Assembly (NCBI GenBank): GCA_041664265.1
Contig: JBAYLD010000003.1
Span: forward strand, 7,988 to 71,987
DNA from: Minisyncoccota bacterium
GTDB taxonomy: Bacteria > Patescibacteriota > Minisyncoccia > Phycocordibacterales > Phycocordibacteraceae
Length of the DNA stretch: 64,000 nucleotides
Reading direction: 5' to 3'
In this document: piece after piece, positions 34,986-44,117 of the stretch
How positions within the stretch are numbered: the first letter of the stretch is position 1
How the letters are laid out: each line of letters opens with the position of its first letter
Notes under the pieces: model-generated
Seen by the model: only the letters and a program-made list of their open reading frames with translations
Told to the model about the DNA's origin: nothing
The model's database searches: none
Translations under genes and position numbers: made by a program

Positions 34986-36515
34986 ATGTCACTTAAAATC
35001 ATATTGATTATGCTGGCGCTCTCGGGCGTCGGCGGTATCGCACTCGGCTATGTGCTGCGCGTCTTGATCGGGCTTGCTCAGCGCGGCTCGGTTGAGCTCG
35101 ATATCAAACAAAAGTTGCTTCACGCCAAGGAGCAGGCCGCGAAGATATTGGCTGAAGCGGAATATCGAAGCGACGTCATCGAGACGGAGCGCCTCGCGCC
35201 GATCGAAGAGCGCGAGGAAAAACTTATTTCTAGAGAAGAACGCCTTGCGACGCGGGAAGAGTTTCTTGATTCGCGGCAGCGCGATCTTGATGAAAAAGAA
35301 GATGAAGTGCGCGCCCGCGAACAAGAGGCGGCACGCGCGCGGAGTGAGGCGGAGCATCTCACGGCCGCACGCACCAAAGAGCTCGCGAAGGTGGCGAACC
35401 TCTCTGAGGGTAAGGCGCGCGAAGAACTTTTTTCTGAAATCGAGCGCGCGTATGAAGAGGCGATTCTCTTGCGCCTGCAGAAGCTTGAAGCGCACGGCCG
35501 CGAGCGGCTCGAGGACAAGGCGCGCGCTATCCTCACCTCCGCCATTCATCGTTTGGGGAGTGCGGTGAACGCCGAGGTCATGTCGCTCTCGATCGCCCTC
35601 CCCTCTGAAGAGATGAAGGGCAAGATTATCGGTAAGGAGGGGCGCAATATCAAGGCCTTTGAGCGTGCGACCGGCGTTGACGTCCTTATCGACGATGTAC
35701 CCGACCGGATAACGATCTCCTCCTTCGACCCGCTGCGCCGGCATATCGCCAAGATTGCGCTCGAGAAACTGATTGTCGACGGGCGTATCCAGCCCGTGAA
35801 GATAGAAGAGACTGTTGAGAAGTCTCGCATCGAAGTCGCGGACATCACGCGGCAGAAGGGCGAGGCGGCGGCGTATGAGGCCGGCGTTATCGGGCTTGAC
35901 CCGAAGCTCACAGCGCTTCTCGGGCGGCTCTATTTCCGCTCCAGCTACGGTCAGAACATGCTCCAACACTCTATCGAGGCGGCACACATCGCCGGTATGC
36001 TCGCCGAGGAGCTCGGCATCGACCCGACCGTTGCTCGCACCGGCGCTCTCCTCCACGACATCGGCAAGGCAGTTGATCACGAGGTCCAAGGTACGCACGT
36101 CGAGATCGGCCGCCGCATCCTCGAGAAATTTAACGTGGACAAGCGCGTGATCCAGGCGATGCAGTCGCATCACGATGAGCACCCCTATGAGACGCCCGAA
36201 GCGGTCGTCGTCCAGGTTGCGGATGCGATTTCAGGGAGTCGTCCGGGTGCGCGCAGGGACACCGTTGACCGCTATCTCGAGCGTCTGGGCGACCTCGAGC
36301 GCCTCGCGGGCACTTTTGAGGGTGTCGAAAAGGTCTATGCCATCGCGGCGGGCCGCGAGATACGCATCTTTGTGAACCCGGGCAAGGTCTCTGACCTGGC
36401 GATGCACAAGCTCGCACGCGATATCGCGACACGCATCCAGGCAGAGCTGAAGTATCCGGGCGAGATTAAGGTAAATATAATTAGAGAGAACAGAGTAGTT
36501 GAATTCGCTCGTTGA
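34986..36515 (+). CDS. rny: Ribonuclease Y
   Basis: N-terminal TM, coiled coil, KH domain (GKEGRNIK), HD domain (LLHDIGKA); 509 aa. Confidence 0.9.
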   Translation: MSLKIILIMLALSGVGGIALGYVLRVLIGLAQRGSVELDIKQKLLHAKEQAAKILAEAEYRSDVIETERLAPIEEREEKLISREERLATREEFLDSRQRDLDEKEDEVRAREQEAARARSEAEHLTAARTKELAKVANLSEGKAREELFSEIERAYEEAILLRLQKLEAHGRERLEDKARAILTSAIHRLGSAVNAEVMSLSIALPSEEMKGKIIGKEGRNIKAFERATGVDVLIDDVPDRITISSFDPLRRHIAKIALEKLIVDGRIQPVKIEETVEKSRIEVADITRQKGEAAAYEAGVIGLDPKLTALLGRLYFRSSYGQNMLQHSIEAAHIAGMLAEELGIDPTVARTGALLHDIGKAVDHEVQGTHVEIGRRILEKFNVDKRVIQAMQSHHDEHPYETPEAVVVQVADAISGSRPGARRDTVDRYLERLGDLERLAGTFEGVEKVYAIAAGREIRIFVNPGKVSDLAMHKLARDIATRIQAELKYPGEIKVNIIRENRVVEFAR

Positions 36516-36615
36516 CAAACTATACAGAGTGTCCTAGCATATCGGCTGGGTAGATACTGGTCTTTGTAAGACAAGAATCGCAACGCCGGAGCGAATCCGG
36601 CACAAAAAAGAAAGG

Positions 36616-37506
36616 ATGGCTCCGATGAAAAAAACATTGGCTCCGCAAAAAAGTATTGTTACCGTTCGTGATCCAAAAGGCCTCAAGTTCATCTCAGTTG
36701 TTGAGGCCGCGTACAACAAGGCTGGATTGTCAGAGGAAGAGGCTCAGCGTATCAACGAAGCCCCTGGGCTCTCCGAGCTCGTTCACAACTTCATCGCCGA
36801 GAATCGTCTCACTGACAAATTCAAGGACGAAGAGGTGAAGTCCAACTACGGCTATCTCTCCGGTTACAAACCGAAGAGCATCACCGAGCAGACCAACATC
36901 CTGCGCCAACTCTTCCCTGGTATCGGCTTCGCTGATGAAAAAATCGCGCAAGGTGAGCCCCCGCAACACGCCGAAGGATGGTTCGCTATCCCGAAGTGGC
37001 AGACGATGGCGCCGACGTATGGTGAAGCTGTGCAAAGGGTTCTGGACATGATCAAAAAAACCCGAGGTGGTAAGTTCATAAACTTCCGCGAGGGTCAGCT
37101 CGGTCCCGAACGTTTGCGCCAAATGACCAAAACAGCGTCATTGTTCAAGAAGCTCTGTGATGAGCAGAAGAATCACGACATTCTCGTCGTGGCGGCGCAG
37201 TTCGGCATCCGCCATCGCGGCCGTTCCGTTCGCCGCGCTCGCGAGGTCTTCTCGGCCAATGAGTGTGGGCTTGGCGCATTCGCGAATGGCATCATGCTTC
37301 TGACTCATCCGGAACGTCTTCAGTATTACGACGATCTCTGGATTGACTGTGCAGGAGACGAATTTGACGATCCGGGCGCCGATGTCCGCTTCGTTCATGC
37401 ACCGTTCTTCAGGTTCCACGACGACGAGGTCGAGTTCGGCACGGACTTTGTCGGCGATGCGAGCGGCGGCTATGGGTCTTCCTCGGCGTTCGTTCCGCAG
37501 GAGTGA
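36616..37506 (+). CDS. Hypothetical protein (296 aa), no recognisable domain
   Basis: RBS AAAGGATGG; soluble; acidic C-terminus; see findings. Confidence 0.55.
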   Translation: MAPMKKTLAPQKSIVTVRDPKGLKFISVVEAAYNKAGLSEEEAQRINEAPGLSELVHNFIAENRLTDKFKDEEVKSNYGYLSGYKPKSITEQTNILRQLFPGIGFADEKIAQGEPPQHAEGWFAIPKWQTMAPTYGEAVQRVLDMIKKTRGGKFINFREGQLGPERLRQMTKTASLFKKLCDEQKNHDILVVAAQFGIRHRGRSVRRAREVFSANECGLGAFANGIMLLTHPERLQYYDDLWIDCAGDEFDDPGADVRFVHAPFFRFHDDEVEFGTDFVGDASGGYGSSSAFVPQE

Positions 37507-37573
37507 TGCTTGAATCTCGAATGCTCGGGTCTTTTGAGTTCTTTACTTTTGATTCTTGTATTCGAAATTTTCG

Positions 37574-37613
37574 GGGTCGCCTATCTACTAGGCGACCCCG
37601 ATTTTCGTTATTT
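37574..37613 (+). terminator. Rho-independent terminator (GGGGTCGCC-tatctacta-GGCGACCCC + TTTTCGTTATTT)
   Basis: Seen in sequence after 36616-37506. Confidence 0.7.
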
Positions 37614-37644
37614 CGCGCTATCCACGCGAGGTTGGCAAGCCCTA

Positions 37645-37672
37645 TTGCGCAATGTGGCGCATTTCCTATACT
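37645..37672 (+). promoter_or_regulatory. Predicted hup promoter (-35 TTGCGC, 16-nt spacer, -10 TATACT) giving ~180-nt leader
   Basis: Hexamers seen in sequence; -10 identical to other predicted promoters. Confidence 0.35.
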
Positions 37673-37851
37673 TTCCTCGTGCCCGCCCTTAGACACCAAG
37701 AGTGCATGGACGAACAGATTTGGTGCGATTCAAGGCGCGGGTGATTCGGCGACGGAGACGTACTCCGTTGTACGGCGGAGGAGCCGAATGGGCCCCGCAA
37801 CGCAGAAGCGCTCCGAATCTGTTCGTCCCGTTATAAGCTCATCACCTCTTT

Positions 37852-38124
37852 ATGAACAAAGCAGACATTGTCGACAAGGTGCATGGCGTTCTCGGCTCGA
37901 CCAAGGCCGATGCAGAGCGCGCCGTCGAGACTATGATCGATTCTATCGTTTCCGCCCTTAAGGCCGGCGACGAGGTGTCAGTCGCGGGTCTCGGCATCTT
38001 CGCGACGAAGGCCAGGCCCGCGCGCGAGGGCCGCAATCCGCGCACCGGCGAGACTATCCACATCGCGGCTTCTCGCACGGCGAAATTCCGCCCCGCAAAG
38101 GCGCTCAAGGACGCGGTCAAGTAG
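37852..38124 (+). CDS. hup: DNA-binding protein HU
   Basis: MNKADIV..., conserved arm RNPRTGE.I.I, 90 aa. Confidence 0.9.
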   Translation: MNKADIVDKVHGVLGSTKADAERAVETMIDSIVSALKAGDEVSVAGLGIFATKARPAREGRNPRTGETIHIAASRTAKFRPAKALKDAVK

Positions 38125-38136
38125 TATGGAAGGCGA

Positions 38137-39306
38137 CTAGAGCAGATATTTCTTTTTCTTTAGTTTGTCCGGAAAATACGACCCTTGGTCGTATTTTTCG
38201 TATCCCTCGCCATACTCCAGCTCCTTCATTAGTTTGGTGACCGGATTGCGGAGCTTCTTTGGGATCGGGAGATTACCGAAGGCGCGCACGTCTGCTTGCG
38301 CAGAGCGGAGTGCGTCATACGCCGAGCGATCTTTCTTCGCGCTCGCGAGATACGCGACGCCATGAGCGAGGTTGATAGCACATTCGGGGTAGCCGATCGT
38401 CTCGCAGGCGCTGAAGACGGCATTAGCGACCACGAGCGCAGTGGGCTGGGCGAGGCCGATATCTTCTGAAGCGAATATCACCATCCTCCGGGCGATAAAG
38501 AGCGGATCTTCGCCCGCCTCGACCATCCGCGCGAGATAATAGAGCGCTGCGTCGGCTTGCGAAGCACGCATGCTTTTAATAAAGGCAGAGATAGTGTCAT
38601 AGTGCTCATCGCCCTTTTTGTCGTAGCGCAGGTGCGGCGATTCAAGCGCTTTACTTAACGTTTCTACCGTTACTGCCCCATAGAGGCTCTGTGCCCCCTC
38701 GAGCATCCCCAAGGCCCTGCGTGCATCGCCGCCCGCGTAGCCCAGGAGCCACTCGAACGCATCTTTGTTTACCTTGATCTTGGTTCGCTTAACGATAGCG
38801 CGGAGCGCCTCTTCAGAGAGCGGTTCGAGGACGAACACGCGCATCCGCGAGAGCAAGGGCGCGATAACCTCAAACGACGGATTCTCGGTCGTCGCACCGA
38901 TCAGCGTCAGCTCCCCGCTCTCGACATGGGGCAGAAGGAAGTCTTGTTGGGCCTTATTAAAGCGGTGAATTTCATCCAAGAAAAGCACGACCGGCCGTAT
39001 CTTCAATTGTTCACGACCGTTAGATTTTGGGTATATGATTTTGCGGATGTCGTCCTTGCCTGCCGAGACTGCTGAGAGTTCGAAGAGCTCCGCATCCAGC
39101 GCCCGCGCATAGATGCGTGCGATGGTCGTCTTACCCGTCCCGGGCGGGCCCCAGAGGATAAAGGAGAAGAGATGCTTCTTCTCGACAGCAACCCGCAAGG
39201 GCTTCCCTTCGCCAACAAGGTGTTCTTGTCCGACCACATCATCCAATTTTTGTGGCCGTATTTTTGCAGCTAGAGGTTTACCCTGAGCGCTGTCGAAGGG
39301 TTCCAT
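38137..39306 (-). CDS. rarA: Replication-associated recombination protein A (RarA/MgsA, AAA+ ATPase)
   Basis: Walker [10 protein letters not shown], Walker [12 protein letters not shown], MgsA C-terminal domain. Confidence 0.9.
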   Translation of the reverse strand: MEPFDSAQGKPLAAKIRPQKLDDVVGQEHLVGEGKPLRVAVEKKHLFSFILWGPPGTGKTTIARIYARALDAELFELSAVSAGKDDIRKIIYPKSNGREQLKIRPVVLFLDEIHRFNKAQQDFLLPHVESGELTLIGATTENPSFEVIAPLLSRMRVFVLEPLSEEALRAIVKRTKIKVNKDAFEWLLGYAGGDARRALGMLEGAQSLYGAVTVETLSKALESPHLRYDKKGDEHYDTISAFIKSMRASQADAALYYLARMVEAGEDPLFIARRMVIFASEDIGLAQPTALVVANAVFSACETIGYPECAINLAHGVAYLASAKKDRSAYDALRSAQADVRAFGNLPIPKKLRNPVTKLMKELEYGEGYEKYDQGSYFPDKLKKKKYLL

Positions 39307-39307
39307 G

Positions 39308-39378
39308 TGCGGGACGGGAGAATCGAACTCCCGCTAAGAGATTGGAAATCTCCTGTTCTGCCACTAAACTAGTCCCGC
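39308..39378 (-). tRNA. tRNA-Gly (anticodon TCC), CCA not encoded
   Basis: Hand-folded cloverleaf: acceptor GCGGGAC/GTCCCGC, anticodon loop TTTCCAA, T-loop GGGAGTTCGATTCTCCC. Confidence 0.8.
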
Positions 39379-39427
39379 CTCAGAAACGAGAATAGCAGAA
39401 AATGCGATTATGCGTTAGCGTTATCGT

Positions 39428-40519
39428 ATGCGCTTCACGCCCTATCTCGGCATCGTCGTCGGCCTTATGCTGGGGGTGTTGTTTGGCACGTTCTTGGGCG
39501 GCACAAGCGTTGTTGTACCCGACGCATCGTCAACCTTCTCTCTACTCACTCCCCTCCCTGAACCAACTACTTCGACCACCTCGACAAGCTCGGGGCAAGC
39601 AAGCTCGCCGCAGGCGACTGAAACTGTCGTCCCGCCCGCGCCATCAACACCTGCGCCAGCCCCTATTGTCTCGTTACCGCCGCCAAAGAGCGTATCGCTC
39701 GATGTCTCTGCATCTGTATTGCGAGCGGCGCTGGTGAACATCATCTGCCAGGCTCCTGCCGGCAGCAAACTACGCTCCATGAGCGGCAGTGGCGTTATCG
39801 TTGACCCGAAGGGCGTTATCCTCACTAATGCGCATATTGCACAATACTTCCTTCTCAAAGATCGCGGCGTCTCCTGCAGTATTCGCTCGGGGAGTCCTGC
39901 TGTGGATCGCTACGATGCCAAGCTCGCCTACATTTCGCCCCTCTGGTTGCGTAAAAATCCAGAAGTGCTGACCAAGACAGCGCCGAGCGGGAACGGCGAA
40001 TATGATTTTGCATTTCTCGCAATCTCTCAGAGTGCGACATCTGAACCGCTTCCCGCCGTGTTTCCCTTTGTGCCGCTTGCGACGGTGCCGCCTTTCCCTG
40101 GTGCACCGGTCGTTATTGCTTCATATGGCGCGCAGTTCCTCGCGCCAGGACAGATAGCTTCTGGTCTCTCCCCTACAATCGTTTTCGGCTCGGTAAAGGA
40201 CGTGCTCACCTTCAAGTCGAACACGATCGATGTGCTCGCGCTTGGCGGCTCGGCTGCCGCACAAGAAGGATCCTCTGGTGGCGGCCTCGTTGACCCATCA
40301 GGCGATCTGGTGGGGACCATTACGACCAGCACCATCACCGGCACCACCGATACGCGCTCGTTAAACGCGATTACCGCCTCCTATATCCGTGCCGAATATG
40401 CGAGCGAGACGGGAGAGGCGCTCGACCTCCTCCTCGCCAAACCTGTTGCAGATGCTATCAGTGATTTTGCATCCCAGATCCCCGCGCTTGAAGCGATCAT
40501 TACTGCCCACCTGCCATAA
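39428..40519 (+). CDS. Membrane-anchored trypsin-like serine protease (S1 family) with Pro/Thr/Ser-rich linker
   Basis: Catalytic His context TNAHI, Ser context GSSGGGL; N-terminal TM. Confidence 0.8.
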   Translation: MRFTPYLGIVVGLMLGVLFGTFLGGTSVVVPDASSTFSLLTPLPEPTTSTTSTSSGQASSPQATETVVPPAPSTPAPAPIVSLPPPKSVSLDVSASVLRAALVNIICQAPAGSKLRSMSGSGVIVDPKGVILTNAHIAQYFLLKDRGVSCSIRSGSPAVDRYDAKLAYISPLWLRKNPEVLTKTAPSGNGEYDFAFLAISQSATSEPLPAVFPFVPLATVPPFPGAPVVIASYGAQFLAPGQIASGLSPTIVFGSVKDVLTFKSNTIDVLALGGSAAAQEGSSGGGLVDPSGDLVGTITTSTITGTTDTRSLNAITASYIRAEYASETGEALDLLLAKPVADAISDFASQIPALEAIITAHLP

Positions 40520-40546
40520 AACGGATAATCCTGCTAAGATACAAGA

Positions 40547-40626
40547 AACGGGGCGTAAGCGGAGCTTGCGCCCACGTTATTCCGGAGAGAATGCTATAAG
40601 GATACTTACAGCATTCTTCCTCCATA
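40547..40626 (+). other. Upstream region of tRNA-Pro containing a 12-nt direct duplication of the tRNA 5' end (AACGGGGCGTAA at 40547-40558 vs AACGGGGCGTAG at 40625-40636) and a 12-bp-stem hairpin (40584-40623)
   Basis: Seen in sequence. Confidence 0.5.
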
Positions 40627-40697
40627 ACGGGGCGTAGTATACCGGTAGTACGCTTGCTTTGGGAGCAAATAGACCGAGTTCGATTCTCGGCGCCCCG
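40627..40697 (+). tRNA. tRNA-Pro (anticodon TGG), CCA not encoded
   Basis: Acceptor CGGGGCG/CGCCCCG, anticodon loop TTTGGGA, T-arm CCGAGTTCGATTCTCGG. Confidence 0.8.
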
Positions 40698-40703
40698 ACT
40701 AAC

Positions 40704-41099
40704 TTAGACGATTTGCGGCAGGTAGGAGACGCGGGCCATGCCGTCACGGCGGCGCAGCCACACGAGGCATCCGTCCACCTGCCCCTCCCCTCCCCACTTT
40801 TTCTCAAGGACATACCACTCCCCCGTTCGCGCGACCTTACGCACCTTCGCTGCATGCAAGTTGAGCGAAGGATCATACTCATCTTTTCCATCTTCCTGAC
40901 GTGGGAAATTATCGGTGAGCACTGTCTTAACTTCAACAAAATGGAGCGTATCTTCTTTTTCTGCAATCACATCGAGCTCACCGGTTTTTTTAGAAATGTT
41001 GCGGTCGCGGATGGTGAATCCGTGCCGCCGGAGGTACTCGCAGGCGACACTCTCCCCCAAGCTCCCCACCTCCTTACGGGTCTTAGAGGATAAATCCAC
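40704..41099 (-). CDS. yraN: YraN/UPF0102 family endonuclease (GTG start)
   Basis: GE(L)D(V)IA...FVEVK motif characteristic of UPF0102. Confidence 0.8.
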   Translation of the reverse strand: MDLSSKTRKEVGSLGESVACEYLRRHGFTIRDRNISKKTGELDVIAEKEDTLHFVEVKTVLTDNFPRQEDGKDEYDPSLNLHAAKVRKVARTGEWYVLEKKWGGEGQVDGCLVWLRRRDGMARVSYLPQIV

Positions 41100-41324
41100 G
41101 GCTTTTAGAAATATGGCTCATTTGCTCATTATTTCACGGACTCTCCAAAAAGTCTCCCGTCCTTTATCCCCAGTGTGAACACCTTTATACACAGTTGCAA
41201 AGTCGTTTTGAAATCACATTTTTAGCCGTTTTGCTTTGTACGGGTATCGAAATGCCGATACCTACACCTCGTTCGACGCAAAATGCACACAAGAAGACCC
41301 ATGTGCTCTTTTGACCTCACTCGG

Positions 41325-41395
41325 TGCGGGTAGGGAGAATCGAACTCCCATCTTCTGATTGGCAACCAGGCGTTCTACCATTGAACCATACCCGC
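41325..41395 (-). tRNA. tRNA-Gly (anticodon GCC), CCA not encoded
   Basis: Acceptor GCGGGTA/TACCCGC, anticodon loop TTGCCAA, T-arm GGGAGTTCGATTCTCCC. Confidence 0.8.
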
Positions 41396-41402
41396 AACTG
41401 GC

Positions 41403-42083
41403 TTATATACTCTCATAGTATGCCTTATTCATCAATTCCCCGGGCAGGAGCCTCAACCACTCCAACATTTTCACCTTGAAATAAGTGCTTGAGATGCAGA
41501 TCATACACACGCCATAGGCTATCCGTCGCGTCTTATGGCGCCCCTGCATAGTACTACTTTTTGTGAAGCTCTTTAGATCGAGACCCGATTCTCGAGCCCA
41601 GTATTCCCTGCAATCCTTCTCGTTAAGATCTGGATAGACAAGCACTTGCGCCTTTATCTTGTCTTCTGGAATCCCGCAGACACGTTTAAGAAAGAACACG
41701 TACAAACGGATCAAATTTGGGTCGGTGTTGGTTAGCTTAACTGCCTGTTTTGTCAGCTTATCCCCCTCTCCCCAGTAGAGCATCAAGCCAGCGATAAAAA
41801 GCGGATTGTACTTCAATTCTTCGAAATCTCTTTTTGCTTCCTCTCGCGCCTCTGTGTACACATTTTCCAAATGATGGCCGCGTACCTTGTTTAGTTCGAT
41901 GATTCTCGTTGTGTGTTGCTTTTGCATCTCCGAGGCGAGATGCTTTTTAATTTGTTTCGACCAATCGACCTTGCTAAACCAATCAGAAAGAGTAGAAACT
42001 GGAATTTTAAGTGCATCACGAATTTCCGTATAGCTCTTACCGCTTCGGCGCAGATCAAAAGCAATTTCCTTATCTTTTCGCAT
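41403..42083 (-). CDS. Hypothetical HTH-domain protein in low-GC islet between two tRNA genes (possible LAGLIDADG-like motif LFIAGLMLYWGEGDK)
   Basis: N-terminal HTH (SYTEIRDALKIPVSTLSDWF); local GC ~45% vs ~58% flanks. Confidence 0.5.
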   Translation of the reverse strand: MRKDKEIAFDLRRSGKSYTEIRDALKIPVSTLSDWFSKVDWSKQIKKHLASEMQKQHTTRIIELNKVRGHHLENVYTEAREEAKRDFEELKYNPLFIAGLMLYWGEGDKLTKQAVKLTNTDPNLIRLYVFFLKRVCGIPEDKIKAQVLVYPDLNEKDCREYWARESGLDLKSFTKSSTMQGRHKTRRIAYGVCMICISSTYFKVKMLEWLRLLPGELMNKAYYESI

Positions 42084-42149
42084 CCTATAATTATATACGA
42101 CGGGAGTTCGGTTATTTTTTAAACGCTTAAAAACTGTGGAAAACTTTTG

Positions 42150-42222
42150 TGCGCCCGGTAGGACTCGAACCTACAACCCCTTGCTTCGAAGGCAAGTGCT
42201 CTATCCGTTGAGCTACGGGCGC
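42150..42222 (-). tRNA. tRNA-Arg (anticodon TCG), CCA not encoded
   Basis: Acceptor GCGCCCG/CGGGCGC, anticodon stem-loop CTTGC-CTTCGAA-GCAAG, T-arm GTAGGTTCGAGTCCTAC. Confidence 0.8.
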
Positions 42223-42260
42223 AAAATGTCTATCTGCATACTACGTTACTGTGCTACGAT

Positions 42261-43730
42261 TTGGAAATGCTACGGCGCATCCCCTCTGAAGTCACCACCG
42301 TCTCGACGAAGCTACGTGAGGCGGGCTTCGAGTCCTATCTAGTGGGCGGATGCGTCCGCGACCTTATCATGGACCGGGAGCCCAAGGATTGGGACATCAC
42401 TACCAACGCGGCGCCAGAGCAGATCCAAGGCCTATTTCCTGATTCTTTTTATGAAAACGACTTTGGCACAGTCGGCGTGAAAACAAATTCAGAGGATCCG
42501 CGCCTCGCCATAGTGGAGATAACTCCGTATCGCACCGAATCAGGATATTCTGACAAGCGCCGGCCCGATAAGGTAGAGTTCGGCACTTCTCTCCTTGAAG
42601 ATCTTGCCCGACGCGACTTCACCATAAACGCAATCGCACTCGATGATTCTCAAGGACACATTGTTGATCCGTACGAAGGACAAAAGGACATAAAGGACAA
42701 GATGCTGCGTGCCGTCGGGACGCCTTCAGAACGTTTTAACGAAGATGCTCTGCGCATGTTGCGTGCAGTTCGATTGGTCGCTGAACTCGATTTTGGCATA
42801 GACGGCAACACCGCGATGGCAATAAGCGAAAATAGCAAGCATCTAAGCCATGTTTCATGTGAAAGGATCCGGGACGAACTCGTGAGAATCCTCATGTCGA
42901 GCCAGCCCATGAATGCGCTTATTCTCGCAGAAAAGCTCGGCATCCTTGAGTTTGTCGCTCCAGAACTCGCCAAAGCTATTGGTGTTGAGCAGAATCAGGC
43001 GCACAGTTACGATGTCTTTGAACATCTGATGAGGACAGTCCAGCATGCCGCAGACAAAGACCTCAGTCTTGAGGTACGCCTCGCTGCCCTGCTCCACGAC
43101 ATAGCAAAGACGGAGACGCGTCGCCGTTCAGATGAAAAGGGCGATTGGAGCTTCCATGGCCACGAGGTGGTTGGTTCACGTGTAACAAAGAGGATTCTCG
43201 AGAATTTGCGCTTTCCACGCGAAACAATTGATAAAGTCCTCAAACTCGTCCGTTGGCACATGTTCTTCTCTGACCCAGAACAAATTACCCTCTCTGCAGT
43301 GCGCCGCATGATAACGAACGTCGGTAAAGAAAATATATGGGATTTACTCAACCTCCGGATGTGCGATCGGATCGGCACCGGTCGGCCTAAAGAACAGCCC
43401 TTTCGGCTCCGTAAGTACACGGCGATGGTCGAACAGGCGCTCCGTGACCCTATATCGGTAGTTATGCTTAAGACCGACGGGAACCGAATTATGGAGAAGT
43501 TCCACGCGAAACCAGGACCCAACATAGGCTATGTATTGAATGCTCTTCTTGAGGACGTGCTTGAGGATCCTGATCTAAATAATGAGGAATACCTTGATAG
43601 AAAGACTGAAGAGCTCCTAAAAATGCCTGAAGAAGATCTCAGAAATCTTGGGGAATCAGGGAAGAAACGGAAAGAGGCGGAAGAAAGCAAGGAAATAGGC
43701 GAAATAATGGGGAAGTACCACGTCTCCTGA
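42261..43730 (+). CDS. cca: CCA-adding tRNA nucleotidyltransferase with HD domain (TTG start)
   Basis: PolyA_pol head motif GGCVRD...DWDI, HD motif (LLHDIAK), 489 aa; consistent with tRNA genes lacking CCA. Confidence 0.9.
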   Translation: MEMLRRIPSEVTTVSTKLREAGFESYLVGGCVRDLIMDREPKDWDITTNAAPEQIQGLFPDSFYENDFGTVGVKTNSEDPRLAIVEITPYRTESGYSDKRRPDKVEFGTSLLEDLARRDFTINAIALDDSQGHIVDPYEGQKDIKDKMLRAVGTPSERFNEDALRMLRAVRLVAELDFGIDGNTAMAISENSKHLSHVSCERIRDELVRILMSSQPMNALILAEKLGILEFVAPELAKAIGVEQNQAHSYDVFEHLMRTVQHAADKDLSLEVRLAALLHDIAKTETRRRSDEKGDWSFHGHEVVGSRVTKRILENLRFPRETIDKVLKLVRWHMFFSDPEQITLSAVRRMITNVGKENIWDLLNLRMCDRIGTGRPKEQPFRLRKYTAMVEQALRDPISVVMLKTDGNRIMEKFHAKPGPNIGYVLNALLEDVLEDPDLNNEEYLDRKTEELLKMPEEDLRNLGESGKKRKEAEESKEIGEIMGKYHVS

Positions 43731-44117
43731 ATAAGTTATGTGTGAAATATGTTCCGCGCGAAACAAAAAACCGCCTAACCCAAAAATGGTGGCCAGAAGC
43801 AAAAAGTGAGAAAGGGGCGTTGATGGTGCTTCCAGCCGAGAGGGGGGTCGGCGGCTTTTTATAGTGCTACCCGTATGTTCCATATGGAACGTCATGTCCT
43901 GTTGGCTTGTAGAGCGGATCGCCGCTAGCGCAGACAGACACCGCAAGAAATACGGAAAGCGAAAGATCAATCAAAGAACTACCAACAGGAGACGGGACCT
44001 CACCGAAGTAACGAGCCATCTCCTCCTTAGTGAAGAGTAGCGGGTGTAAAGGACAGTGTAAAGGACACCACTGTGGATAACATGTCCTTTATCTGGCACT
44101 ACCTGGTAGTACTGGGC

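Noticed and set aside
34989-36182. 397-aa minus-strand ORF antisense to rny
   Set aside because: rny on the plus strand has TM, KH and HD domain motifs; the antisense ORF is Arg/Leu-rich low complexity typical of high-GC antisense frames.
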